Below, piece after piece: positions 24,633-36,654 of a DNA stretch of 64,000 nt. The notes under the pieces were generated by a model. That model searched no databases. It saw only the letters and a list, made by a program, of their open reading frames with translations, and was not told where the DNA came from. How positions within the stretch are numbered: the first letter of the stretch is position 1; each line of letters begins with the position of its first letter. The translations under genes and the position numbers were made by a program. The DNA lies in contig NMRA01000027.1 of assembly GCA_002633005.1 (NCBI GenBank), positions 409,265 to 473,264 of the forward strand, written 5' to 3'. The DNA is from Phoronis australis. Taxonomy: Eukaryota > Animalia > Phoronida.

Positions 24633-27600
24633 AAATGAGCCAAAATACAGTACCAGTTCCTATCCAAAACAGAAAGTCATTTCTTGAAAGAAGTCAGTAG
24701 TATACGCAGAAATGTCAACTGTCGACCACAGGCACTTTATCTGTTCCTCGATCACCAGTGACGTCACTATTAGACACTGAAAGTTGATAGGCTCAGAATT
24801 TTCTGCTGAAGTGTGCATGGAACTCTACGAAATTGGCATCGAACAAATCTTTGAATACCTTCTTTCACTTGATCACATCAAATTGCCTTCGAATGGTGAT
24901 TTGACGACAAAAGTGTTTAAAAACCCCAAAATCACAAATTCAACAACTGAGGCTATTTTGTGACATTCATGGCAAACTACCGTCGTACACATCTGGATTT
25001 TCACGGATACTCCCGAAGCAATTCGGAAAGTCTCTTCGTGCTCACACAGATGTTATTTGAGTGCTGTCCACATAATTTAGTGTCAATTCGTTGTTTATAA
25101 CCCAGAACCACGGGTTGCTGGCTACTAACCTAAGCCTACTGCGAAATCCAGCTGTTGCTGATAGGTGATTTTCTGCAACTAAACGTGCGGTCAGACATCG
25201 GAAGTCTCCGCCAAAAACTGAATGTTTGTTGAGTTTCAACCAAGAGAAGCACATAATGTTATGATCAAACACAAGATATGCTATTTCTTGCAATTAAATT
25301 CTAGGTTAAGTGATAAAATGATCTGTAAAAGGAAACAAATTACACATAAATGGAAAGTTAATTTAAGTAACCTCAATCATTGATTTGGGAACATATTTCT
25401 TGACTTTAATGTAGTGGTTGCTTGCTCAAACTTGAAATTTTATCCTCAAACTCGAAATTTTATCTTCAGAAGGCGTACAATTTAAAGCATAACTGACATC
25501 TGCCATGTTAATTATTTAGCCTCTTTGAGTTTTCTAATCGTTATGGAAATTTCTTTGCCAATTCACCACTGTTAATTTGAGGAAAAGCAAAGACTACTTA
25601 GATTGGTGCGGTTTAAAGTGCATGGGGTGATGGAGCTTACTGTACACACGTACTGAGTCTGGTAAGAAGTATTATCACGTGGTGGAAACATCTCTTTTGA
25701 ACTCCACAAAAACTAGATCAAAAAACCCATACTACAGAATCTCAGGCAGTCTTAGACAATTTGTAGTGTAAATGAACTGAAAAGATAGAACTGGTCTATG
25801 CATGTCTGGTCACTTGCACTGAAAATTGTCTGTGGTATTATGGTCGGAATGTTGTTGGAATTAGGTTCTATGGCAATAGTTTTTATGTATGATAAAGAGT
25901 TCTTATGGTTTGTGGAAAGGATGCTTGCCTGTTGTAAGAGTTGGTTTCCTGCCCTGCACTCACCGACTATCTCTAAAGGTGATTGACATTGAACCTTACT
26001 TCATTCTGTAAGTCCATACGGCTGGTTTACAAACCTCCATGATCACTGTGTGCTGACACTGTTTGTAATCTTGGTAAAACTAGTTCACAACTTCACAGCC
26101 TTTCTGATATGTTGTCCACAAATTGGAAACTGGGCATCAGTGTGTTTAAACTGCATTCGATTTGCTGCCAGGCATGAGATCAGTACTCTCCACAGCCTGT
26201 TTTAACTTGCCATTCCAGTTTGAATTTATCCACGTCAAGTTTGGTTTCTTCACGTAAGGTTTGAATAGCCATGCGACAAGTTAAAATATAGCCTGTTGGA
26301 ATCAATTAGCTGTCATGCATCAAAGCGTTTCCCTTCAAACGCCCACATTTAACACACACTGCAGAGGCGACATTATGGTTTTCTGTTTTGAATAACAGAG
26401 AAATACATTTTAGCTAACAAAACTCCATTTTTTTCCATTGTCTAAATTATGAAATTCCAGTTTACTATTTCAAAGTGATAAATAACATACATGATTAGGA
26501 AATTGCCTCCCCCTTTCTGCTGAATGCTGTATTTCTGTGTTACTGATAACATGCTGCATGCCACGCTTATCATTTATTAAAACTAAAAAGACAGCAGTGC
26601 CACCTTCAGACAGAATAAACAACTTTGTGAGCATGTTTGCTGCGGCCTGATTGGGATTGATTTGTGGCCAGAATGTGTCGAATTTGACGGTTTATCTGGA
26701 TTTTTGAATATTGAAAACAATCAAATGCCCACGTGTAGTGCAGGCACTACGCCATTCACCAATTTTTTTACACCTTGGCTAATATAACTGGCTCTGGAGT
26801 AAGACTATAAAGAGTTGTTGACAGTGCACTTATGTCAAATTCTGCTAAGGAAATCTGAGGAAATTCTCTTGACAAACAAATTAATGGGGACAGATGGTTT
26901 TCATGGCAACTGTTCAGGTCTTGGCATTGTAACCTTCATTTTGCATCCAAAAACACATAAGAAGCATTGTGATTAAGTGTAGATTAAGATTGCTTTGAAC
27001 TTGCGTTGACATCTAGTGGCTAAAATGGCCAACTGTCAGACCACAGTTGGTTTATTTAGTCATCTTTGCTACAATACAAACACAAGCTGACTGTCAATGA
27101 ACAATGTTGGAAAAAACAAATAATGATGAGTACGCATTGAAAATATTTAGTTTAGTGTACCTATGTGAAGACATAAATATATAATCGGGTATCAAAAAGT
27201 GTACACTACTGTCTAAGTAGATATCTCATGGGATGTACGCTAAGTGAAAATTTGAGTTTGAAATTTCTACAATGGTCTATTTTGGCTTTTCCATTTTTGT
27301 TGTTCACTGATGCTAGTCAGTGTTTGTCTTGGTGTTGATGGTGCAGAGGTGCAGTGATTTATATCGGATGGATACCACCAAAGAAGATGTGGCAAGATTT
27401 TTTTGATTTGCAGCAATGGTTAGCAACAGCAGGCTTCATTCGCAAGCGTAGCCATAAAGGTAGCGTTGATTGCATTACAGCTCAAGATTTTTGAACTGCA
27501 TGTGTGAGTTGCCACAAATTGTCAACTGGATAGTTTTTCACTTACTGATGCTTCTTAGGAGACAGCTAAATTGCCTCACGACTTTTGCTTACCCTGAGAG

Positions 27601-27714
27601 TAATACTCAGCACAATATGTGTCTGCACTGTTCTCGAGATATGCTAGCACTGTTCAGGACATTTCAACCATGTGGACAGCGCCATGTCTGATTACTTAGA
27701 GAGAGAACAAGCTG

Positions 27715-27891
27715 CATCTTTTCAGTCAAGGGAGAGTGCTTCATCTTTTCAGTCAAGGGAAAGTGCTTCATATCAGTCAAGGGAGATCTCTTCGTCTTTT
27801 CAGTCCAGGGAGAGGGCTTCATCTTTTCAGTCCAGGGAGAGGGCTTCATCTTTTCAGTCAAGGGAGAGTGCTTCATTTTTTTAGTCAAGTC
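27715..27891. repeat. 27-bp minisatellite, about 6.5 copies
   Basis: Unit catcttttcagtcaagggagagtgctt. Confidence 0.9.
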
Positions 27892-29245
27892 ATAATGAAC
27901 TTCATGTTTTAAAAACTTTTCTGTTGTCTCTTTTGGTAACCTGTCATCCAAATCCATGTATATTTTACTGATAACTCTTGAACGTGCAGTTAGATACTTG
28001 TTCAGAGTGGTTGCAGCGATGAACTTTTTTATGACATACCCGTTGGAGCCTGTCCTGTTCAAGGCTGCCTGCTGTTCACTTATGATGTTTCTGTCAGTGG
28101 TGCTTTAACATGGCCAATTATGGGCGTTATGCGAGCAAACACATCAAAGTAAAGGTGCAATTTTGGAATTGATTTTTTCTGGCCTTATGTTTGGTTTTAA
28201 AAATATGGGACTTACATGGCAACACAGGTCAGTGACTTGATATTTTAGCTCGAAAAAATTTATAAATTTTAGGTCATGTTGAGCCTTCAAAGCGCCACCT
28301 TTTGAATGCTGCAGTAGTTGATGTGTCTTCTTTATCTTAAAAGTCATTATAAAATGGAATGAAAAACACTTTCTTGTACATTCCTGGTTTGTGCCGTTAT
28401 TGTTGAAGTGGCTGTGAGCCGTGCAGTGTTCTCTGTCTGTCTATGGCAAATGGTATTTAATTTAGCAGACAAAATGGTCAAAATGATGAATTTTATTTGT
28501 CAAATTTTTCATCCATTTAAAATGATTTTGACTTCGTCATTAGTACTAAAATTTGGAACATTTTGAACATTTTAACAGTGTAAAGAAAAAATTGCTATTA
28601 TAGTTGTAGTTTTTACATAAAATTGAACAAGCCTTTAAGCCATTACCCATATTTAAGACTTTCACCATAGTGCCAGATGAATATTATTTGTAAAAGGCCA
28701 TCTGGGACATAATAAATATGCGTGTTGCTTAAGACAGAGGAATGACATTGAGAAGTCCCTTGAGTATTTCCTGTCTTTGAAACAGTCTGTGTTTACTGAT
28801 TCTTTGAGGGGATCCAAGGAATTGGGCTAAATTCCCTTACGGGTTGGAAACAACCTGTACTTGTAGGTTAAATGCCAAAATTCTGGTGGTTTCACCTACA
28901 GGTGTGAGCAGACTGTAAATACAGCAGCGCCCTCTTCCCTAGCTTCAGTAAATGAATGAGTAAAGTTTGAGTCTACATTGAATGTACTGGGGCAAAATAA
29001 GGTCATTTTTTAATAGCCAACATCAAGGTGGCACTATGGAATATTGCACAAAGTACAATATAAACGAGATTCACATTTGTCTTTTCCTTAATTTCAAAGG
29101 CTGAAATGGTATTTTCATTGAAATTTCTTTAGATGGAAATGTAATTAAGTTGTTTTGCCTACTCCAACATGTCTTTGAACTCTGAAGGGAATGTCTCGCT
29201 GTTATTACCTTGACTTGACTGTTTGTTATTCTGATTTATTTGCAG

Positions 29246-29969
29246 GTATGAAGAAATGGTGGAAGCGATGAAGAAATTAGTGATGGGTGTAAAAGAGCCT
29301 TTGACGAAGATAGAACGCAACCTTCTGAGTGTTGCCTACAAGAATGTGATTGGCAGTAAGAGGTCGTCACTACGTGTCCTAATCACCTTGGAAGAGAAGG
29401 CCAAATCAAAGGGAGAATCATCCAATCAAGACAGAATCGTGCTGGCTGAAATGAAAGAACAGGTACAACAAGAAATTGGCGACGTCTGTGCTGACATCCT
29501 GCAACTACTAAAGAACCACCTGTTGCCCAACTTGCCGGATACCAAGGATCAGGAGACACAGGAAGAGTTTGTGTTCTACCACAAAATGGAGGGGGACTAC
29601 CACCGCTACCTGGCCGAATACACCACTGATGAAACGCGCAGCACGCACGCCAAGAATGGTCTGATGGCATACAAGGAAGCGGCAGACATTGCCAAGGAAC
29701 ATCTGGTTGCAACCAATCCTATCCGTCTTGGTTTAGCGCTCAACTTCTCTGTATTCTACTACGAGATTCTGGACAAACCGGAAAAAGCCTGTGCAGTGGC
29801 CAAGGAGGCGTTTGACGAAGCCCTCCCTGAACTGGAGAATTTGCCAGACGACACGTACAAGGACTCGACCCTTATCATGCAGCTGCTACGAGACAACCTA
29901 ACGTTGTGGACGAGCGACGCAGAGGGTAAGGAGGATGATCTGGCGACCGAGGACATCGAGCAGTCGTAA
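29246..29969 (+). CDS. 14-3-3 protein (divergent epsilon-like) coding exon 2; full protein 261 aa
   Basis: tttgcag acceptor. Signature motifs ERNLLSVAYKNVIG, GDYHRYLAE, PIRLGLALNFSVFYYEIL, YKDSTLIMQLLRDNLTLWTSD. Epsilon-type residues EMVE.MKK, NVIG, DYHRY. Confidence 0.97.
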
Positions 29970-30567
29970 TGGTGGCGCCACAAGTTAAAGCCTCTTGGAT
30001 CAATTGAAGGCTGTTATGTCCTTCATAGACTGCTAACTAATCATCTGAAGTGTATTCCGTTTGTAAACTTGACTGTAGGCTGCTCAGCCATTTTTCTCGC
30101 TAATGCTAGTATGAGTCGGAGCTGTGCAACAGTAGAATACGAAGTAATCGTCTCTTGTGCGTATAGTCTCAGCTATCCACCAGCACTGGTAGTTTTTCTC
30201 GCCAGTGCTGGTACTAGTTGTAACTGTGGAGCAGTGCCGAGACAATGTTAATCGTCTCTTTCTCGTTTGTGTCTGATTGTAGTCTCAGCTGTGAACGACT
30301 GCTAGTTATCTCTCCTGCTTTTGTTTCATCTACAATTACGCTGCAGTACATTTAACCGAGCTTTATTGTTGATATATTCTCATGACCTTATGCTCTATGG
30401 CGACCAATCACTACAAAATCTTCGTTTACTCTACTATTCTTCCTTACCTGAGTAACCAGATATATCTGCTGTGTTTATTTTACCTGTTGATTGAAGGAGG
30501 TAGTTGTGTTAAGATTTGAGAGATTTTTGATGTCTGACAGAAGTGAGAGGATGTGTTGCAATGAAAA

Positions 30568-30711
30568 TGGACATTTGATCTGTTGGCATCAGGCTGAACT
30601 GGACTACAGTGAATGGACATTTGATCTGTCGACATCAGGCTGAACTGGACTACAGTGAATGGACATTTGATCTGTCGACATCAGGCTGAACTGGACTACA
30701 GTGAATGGACT
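30568..30711. repeat. 46-bp tandem repeat x3 in the 14-3-3 3'UTR
   Basis: Unit tggacatttgatctgtcgacatcaggctgaactggactacagtgaa, near-identical copies. Confidence 0.9.
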
Positions 30712-31074
30712 TTGGCATTACTGAACACATTACATAAAGCTTACACACTTCAGTTGAATTTTTGACTGTTCACTATTTGTTCTTACTAGGAACTGAAGAT
30801 AGAGGTGATGCTAAATTGTAGAATATCTCTGAGGCATCGTATATGATGGCCTTTTCTTGAGTTGTCCGGCGGTGACTTCGATCATGACTTCGGAAATATC
30901 GTTCATAGGGTTTTTAAGTCAGATGGGCATGTTAATACTTTGTAATGTTTTCCTATTTAGTCTTCAATATCTCTGAAAGCCTGAATTTCATTTTCCTATG
31001 AAGAAGGTACTCAGCGTCTTGGTACCTTACACATATTACTGGTACTGTGTGTCTCACGAAAAGTGTCTTTTAAT

Positions 31075-31080
31075 AATAAA
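31075..31080 (+). terminator. Candidate polyadenylation signal of the 14-3-3 gene
   Basis: AATAAA about 1.1 kb after the stop, followed by a GT/T-rich tract. Confidence 0.4.
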
Positions 31081-32304
31081 GTCTTTGTATTTCATTGTGA
31101 ATAACCACTACCTAATTACGAAGTTGACAAAAGCATGTTCCGTTTGGTATTTGCTTACTAGTTGTGTCACAAAAAGAATTGTTTAGTATAATTGTATGAG
31201 GAGCAATCATGTCTATTAGAGTGAGATAACACTGAAATGTCGTGACTGGAGTTAATCTTACTGATGCTGTTAAGATGTTAAGACATTTTCACAGTGGTCG
31301 TCCTAAACAGCTGAAATTAAGATTTTGTCCAACAGAGTGTGAAGAAGTGCTTTCTTTTTATTTTGTATGTTAGTGTATCATGTAGTTTGTAATTGTCTTT
31401 ATTAGTATTGGGTGAATCATGGAATACATTATGTCTATGTATGATTTACTTACTTTCTGCTCTCCTTTTTCTTCTCAACAACATGATGTATTTTTAAGCT
31501 AGTCAGCATTGACTATCTACTTCAGCTAGTATTAGAGCATAAAATCAGCCTATACTCCTGTGCTTGGGCAGCCATTACTTTACTTTGGCTGCATAAAGTG
31601 ATGTCTTGTTAATTCCATAGGTCAGTCTTTACCAGTCACAGTTTGTCTGCTCTTCACAAATTCAGTAACCCTAGATTGAGTAAAGCACTGTTATTGTGAC
31701 CATTCAAAAGTTAAAATGAAATGGATTATTTTTTGAAGACCAAAATATTGCTTCAAACTAGCCCCAGTCACCAGGTGGCGAGATAGTCCCGTCACCTGGT
31801 GACTGGGTGCTGTTTGAGGAGAGGCCCAGAATAGGCTGAAACCACTTCATCAGCTTGGGGTCAGGTTCCACGTGGTTTAGCGGAATGCAGACATTTCTAT
31901 GGAAAGGTGCTTAACTACACTAGTGACACCCAGTGAATTTCCCGTGGAATTATGCCTTTGGCCAGTTAAGATGCTAACTTTTGATTTTGATCACTTTCTG
32001 CTATAAAATTGACTTTTACTTGTCTCACAATCAGGATAGGAATGATTTATGGGTTAGGAAAGTAATGGCCATTCATTGGAAATGCCTGAGACCATGTTTG
32101 ACACACCTTGATTGGCAAATAATACAGCGTGATTCAAGCAATAACGAACTGTCAGTTCTTCCTGACCCCAGCACTCACCTTTTAACCTGAGCAAGGAACA
32201 AGTTACAACCTCATTTATTCTAGTAAGTGCTCAAAATCAAAGTTTACTTCTTGACACAAAGCTTGTTTACGTCCACTTTATTTTACCTAATTTCAGACCT
32301 CGAT

Positions 32305-32358
32305 TCTCCTCTCTCTCTCACACACACACATGCGCACACACACACGCACACACACACA
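32305..32358. repeat. (CT)n(CA)n microsatellite
   Basis: Directly visible. Confidence 0.9.
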
Positions 32359-33879
32359 GTGGGGAACTCAAAATTCAAGATGTGGTGTTAGTGAAACAGT
32401 GTCCCTTGACTTTCTGTTTTCATACATTCATGTACTATATCTCATGGACTCGTGGTCCGTGGATACCCCTATGTTGATTAACTACTTTCACTCTGTTCAT
32501 ATGTTACAGGTGCGCCACCTGTTGAATTTTAAGTCCCTCGTGCAAAACAAAACAAGACCACTGAATATGTCTCAACACAATAGAGACATAGGATGTGCAA
32601 ATGTTGTTTAGAAGATGGGTGGATTGAAGCTTTAGCAAAAACATTAGAGACTGAAAAAACAGGACACCTGAATTGAAAAAGGCACATTCAGGTAGAAAGT
32701 AAGACATGACACGGATGTCATTGTCCCCACAACTCCGGAATAACATTTTTTTTTCGTTTTTTAATCAAATGGGAATGTGTGGTGCCGCAACACATAGAAA
32801 CGCAGCTCAGAATTTTTGACGAAAGGTAAAATAGAGGTATATCGCGGTACTGGATAATCACAATAATAATATAAAGTTCACTGTCTGTCAAAAAAGCAGG
32901 GCAATTTGTGTGATGGGAAAATTGGCAAGTATGCTGAAAGGTATAGACCAGGCAAGTGTGGTTTTTTTATTTCACAATGATTGCTCTTGTTCAGAGCAAT
33001 GTTTTTGTTCTCATTAGTTCACAGTGGAAGAATATGCAAGATGCCCTTATCGCATTAAACTTAACACTTGTTGACTCTAAGAGAAGGTACGGATTTTCAT
33101 CATGTATTCAAACTTTCAAGTACTGATTTTCGAATTTTGCTCCTGAGATATTGTTTTTAAGTTATTCTGATAGCTTGAGATCTGGACTGTTCCATTTTTT
33201 AATCTTTGAGTGGGAAACTAAAAACACTACGATATGTGATTTTCGTGTTTGCCGATAGAGGCCGCTCATAAGCAAACCAGCTACCATAGACATGTGACGT
33301 CTATGCGGCTTACATTAAAACCATTACAACGATGACCTTGTCATGTGCGAAATGGAATAATTTTATAAAGCTAGTAGGAATCATCTGTGACAGAACGTTA
33401 AGCTTTTTGCCAAAACTGTTTACTTTAGTTTTCCCGCAAAAACCGAGAAGGTGCGATACCCGCCCCCTTCACAGGCTGAAAATGTCCTTTGGCCTTGGCT
33501 GTAGTTGTTGCTAATAAATCAACCTACAAAATACCCTAATTTCATCTTGAGTAATCCCGTCTAAAGATTGGCGTCTCTCTTATTGTTCAAGGAGCAAAAC
33601 TGCACACAGAAAAGGATTTTAATCGCTGGCTAAGATGCGACAGCTGCAAAAACGACAGTTCCCGGTTGTCTGATACTGATCGCTGATTGGTTGCTATTAC
33701 GCTACTTTCAGCTGTTCTTTTTGCTGTAGTCACTTCCATTTACGAAAAATATATTATGCTTTTTGACTTTTTAGCTGTAATATTTTATTCCAAGTTTAAG
33801 TATATATGCATAGTGTTAACTATGTGAAGTAATAGCCATATCTGTTATGATTATAAAGTTATTGACTAAAAACCAACAA

Positions 33880-34013
33880 ATGATAAGGGAGGGTGCATTG
33901 GTGATTGGCAATCGTCTAGGGGACCGCGATGGCATAATCACGTGGTTTATGGCTTATTGTTCATCGTCCATGCTTTTCAGTGCGACGTTTCGGACCGTTC
34001 CCACAAAGTAAGT
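33880..34013 (+). promoter_or_regulatory. Probable FoxN2/3 promoter and non-coding first exon
   Basis: CpG-enriched; two reverse CCAAT boxes (cATTGGtgATTGG), CACGTG E-box, TCAGT Inr-like near 33977, and AAA|GTAAGT donor at 34008. Confidence 0.45.
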
Positions 34014-34644
34014 TACTTTTAGCGTAGTACACCTTTCCTATCATTCACTTGAATAGGACGAATTTGAAGCTAAACTTGTTTGCGTTAGATATTGAAACAA
34101 AAGATGTAATGGTATCGAATTAAGTTCTGAAATAAGAATTATTAGACGACGAGGAAGCGAATCTGTGATTCCGAAACGTGGCCGGGCGGAAACTGAAGCG
34201 AGCACATGTCTCTTCCCTTTCTTTGTGTTTCTGTTTCGCCTTGAAACTCGGCTGTTGTATTATTAACATATTGTGACATTCATTTTCCTAGTTAACAGTT
34301 TTGTTCAAACTGAATATTCTGCAAGTTTTACTCAATTTGTCATAAGCGAATATTAATAAAATGACGTATGGCTTAAAAATAGCGGCAATGCTTGACATAT
34401 TTTCTCCATTGTGGCATTGTGCGGTGTTTGTGTCGTCTTGTGGTAGTTATTTATAGTTTGTTGACAAAGCCTCCAGTGTCTTGTGTCGGTTTATGAAGTG
34501 ACTGTCTAGAAAGTAAAAATACATGTTGCCAATAAAATGGGTATTGGGAGATGGCCACTTATTTTGTGAATAATTGTACTCAACAAACGTGGTACTCAAG
34601 CAGGTGGAAATGTTCCTCCAAGCGTAACAATCTGGGTAAAAATG

Positions 34645-34780
34645 TAGCCAGCCAATTAGCTGTATGAAGACTATCGTCAAAATACAGTGAGGTACTACTG
34701 TGTGTTGAGCTCTGATAGCCAGTCGGCTAGCTGTATGAAAACTATTTTCAAAATACAGCTTGATACCACTGTATTAGATC
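34645..34780. repeat. About 70-bp imperfect tandem duplication
   Basis: tagccag...tagctgtatgaa.actat..tcaaaatacag occurs twice. Confidence 0.7.
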
Positions 34781-35188
34781 CAAAAATTTCACACAGCCCG
34801 GGTAGTTCTGCTCGTCACCTTGTAAAATTTATATCAACGAGTAAAGCTAACGACCGACGGGGGTGCATGCTAAATCTGAAAATCAACCAACACTTACCTT
34901 GCCCGTTACAGCTGTTTAAGTGAAAAAACAATCTAATAAACAGTATTTTCTTGTGTAATTTTCCGCCTTATGTAACAAAGAAAAGTGTGTCATCATTTTG
35001 AAAATAGTACGCTTATGACACGCGGACGTGCCATGTCCTAAAATTTTGTAACATCTCTCAGAAGATGATGACAGCTTTGTTCTGAAATTCTGATTATTTT
35101 GTATACAGCTTAGCACCAAGGCTAGGTAAAATGAGCAAAACAAAATCTTGTACAATTAGCTAATGTCACTCTTTGAGTACACTAATTT

Positions 35189-35298
35189 GGTAATGGTCTG
35201 ATATAATGTGCCCGAATTTTGAGAAGCAGTTTTCTCCACTGAATAACGGGCATCAAACTGGTTCTTAAAATACGGGCACGTTATATCAGACTATTGCC
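35189..35298. mobile_element. Small palindromic MITE
   Basis: ggtaatggtctgatataatgtgcccg / cgggcacgttatatcagactattgcc arms; same family as 19367. Confidence 0.7.
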
Positions 35299-36590
35299 CT
35301 AATTTGGTTGCTTCTACAAAAAGAACGTGATCGTCATGGAAAATAAGTTTCTCAGTAAGTAGAAGTTGCCTGAAATGATCGTTTATGGAAAATAGTACTG
35401 TTAAGTAAATGGGTCTTTTTCATGAATGTTTTGTAACTCTAAAACTCACCATTAATAATTTTGGTTAGGCATTTTTCTTTCATTTTGAAGTCTCTTGAGT
35501 GACCTAATCCCGGGTACAGTTCAGTAATGTTTGGATCTCACTAAAAACAAGATTTTTTGAGATTACTCGGGATATTGCCGTGTGTTTTAAATGAGAACAC
35601 ATGATTTTGGCTAAACTAAAGTGAGGTGCCAGCATTACTGCCCTGGTCACAACTTGTTGTTGATTAGGTTTTAACTTATATTTTAACTTATCACTAATTT
35701 GATGCAAAAACAAATCACTACGGTAATTGATACTGGCAAATACTGAGTTACTCATATGACAATTCTTCATATGTTCTCCAATGAAGAGAATTGTGATGCA
35801 TGCGTAAGGGTGGCCAAGAATCTTGTTTCCGAGGGAACCAATATCAGTGACACTGTTACTATGCAATTAAGTTTGTTGAAAGATCACAAGCGGCAACTGT
35901 CAGCGCCATGACGTTGAATGCAATCTTTTGGCCAATCTCTGTTTTATAGTTGATTCTCCAATCCATCGTTCTCTTTTCACAAGATTGCTCACACTTCACA
36001 ACAAATCATCAGAAGTTGTTGCACTTCGTTAGTGGCTTATAGTGCAGTACTCTATTTAGTGTATCACCAGCGAATCAAAATTCGGAGGAAAATTTGCTTC
36101 CGCCAACTTTTCATCATGTCTCAACAGATATTACTTTACCAAACCAAACATAAAGCAAGTGGCATGTCACGAGAGTATACTAGTACTGTTTTGAAATCGA
36201 CATCTTTTCTTTGTGGGAGAGTGTTGTAAGAAAATGATGTTCATCAGACTGCGTTTTGCTTAAATGTCTGTATCAAATTAGACTGGTGTCATTTGAATTT
36301 CGGAAACTTTATAAAACTTATGTACGGTTTGACTTGTTTAAAGTGTTTGCATATTGTATGGTAAGGGTATGTATGTACCTGTGTTGGCTTGGATACCCTC
36401 ATGTTGGTTCTTCTAGGGTGAGACTACCAAAACCTCATAATCTGCAGATAAATGGGTATACAAATTGTTGGGGGAGCTGTTTTCCAATTAAGTTCAAGTG
36501 AACAGGTAGCCTTGCTACGTGTGTTTATTGTAGTTCTTCTTTCACAAAGACGTGAAACAGATGAAGTGATGATGTTTTTGGTATTTTCAG

Positions 36591-36654
36591 GTTTTGTCAT
36601 GTTGATTCTTTAAAAGTTTGACTTTGGAAGCGTACAGAGAACAAGAAGATTTAC
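36591..36654 (+). other. Possible FoxN2/3 5'UTR exon
   Basis: gtattttcag acceptor and TAC|GTAAGG donor; no transcript evidence. Confidence 0.25.

Noticed and set aside
27664-28062. Repetitive ORFs (KMKHSPLTE / QSRERASSF)
   Set aside because: Translations of the 27-bp minisatellite; no splice or homology support
29383-29983. Antisense ORFs over 14-3-3 (and 54265-54681 over FoxN2/3)
   Set aside because: Shadow ORFs of real coding exons
30568-30711. Regular direct repeats resembling a CRISPR array (also at 1520 and 27715)
   Set aside because: Head-to-tail units with no unique spacers, no cas genes, eukaryotic context
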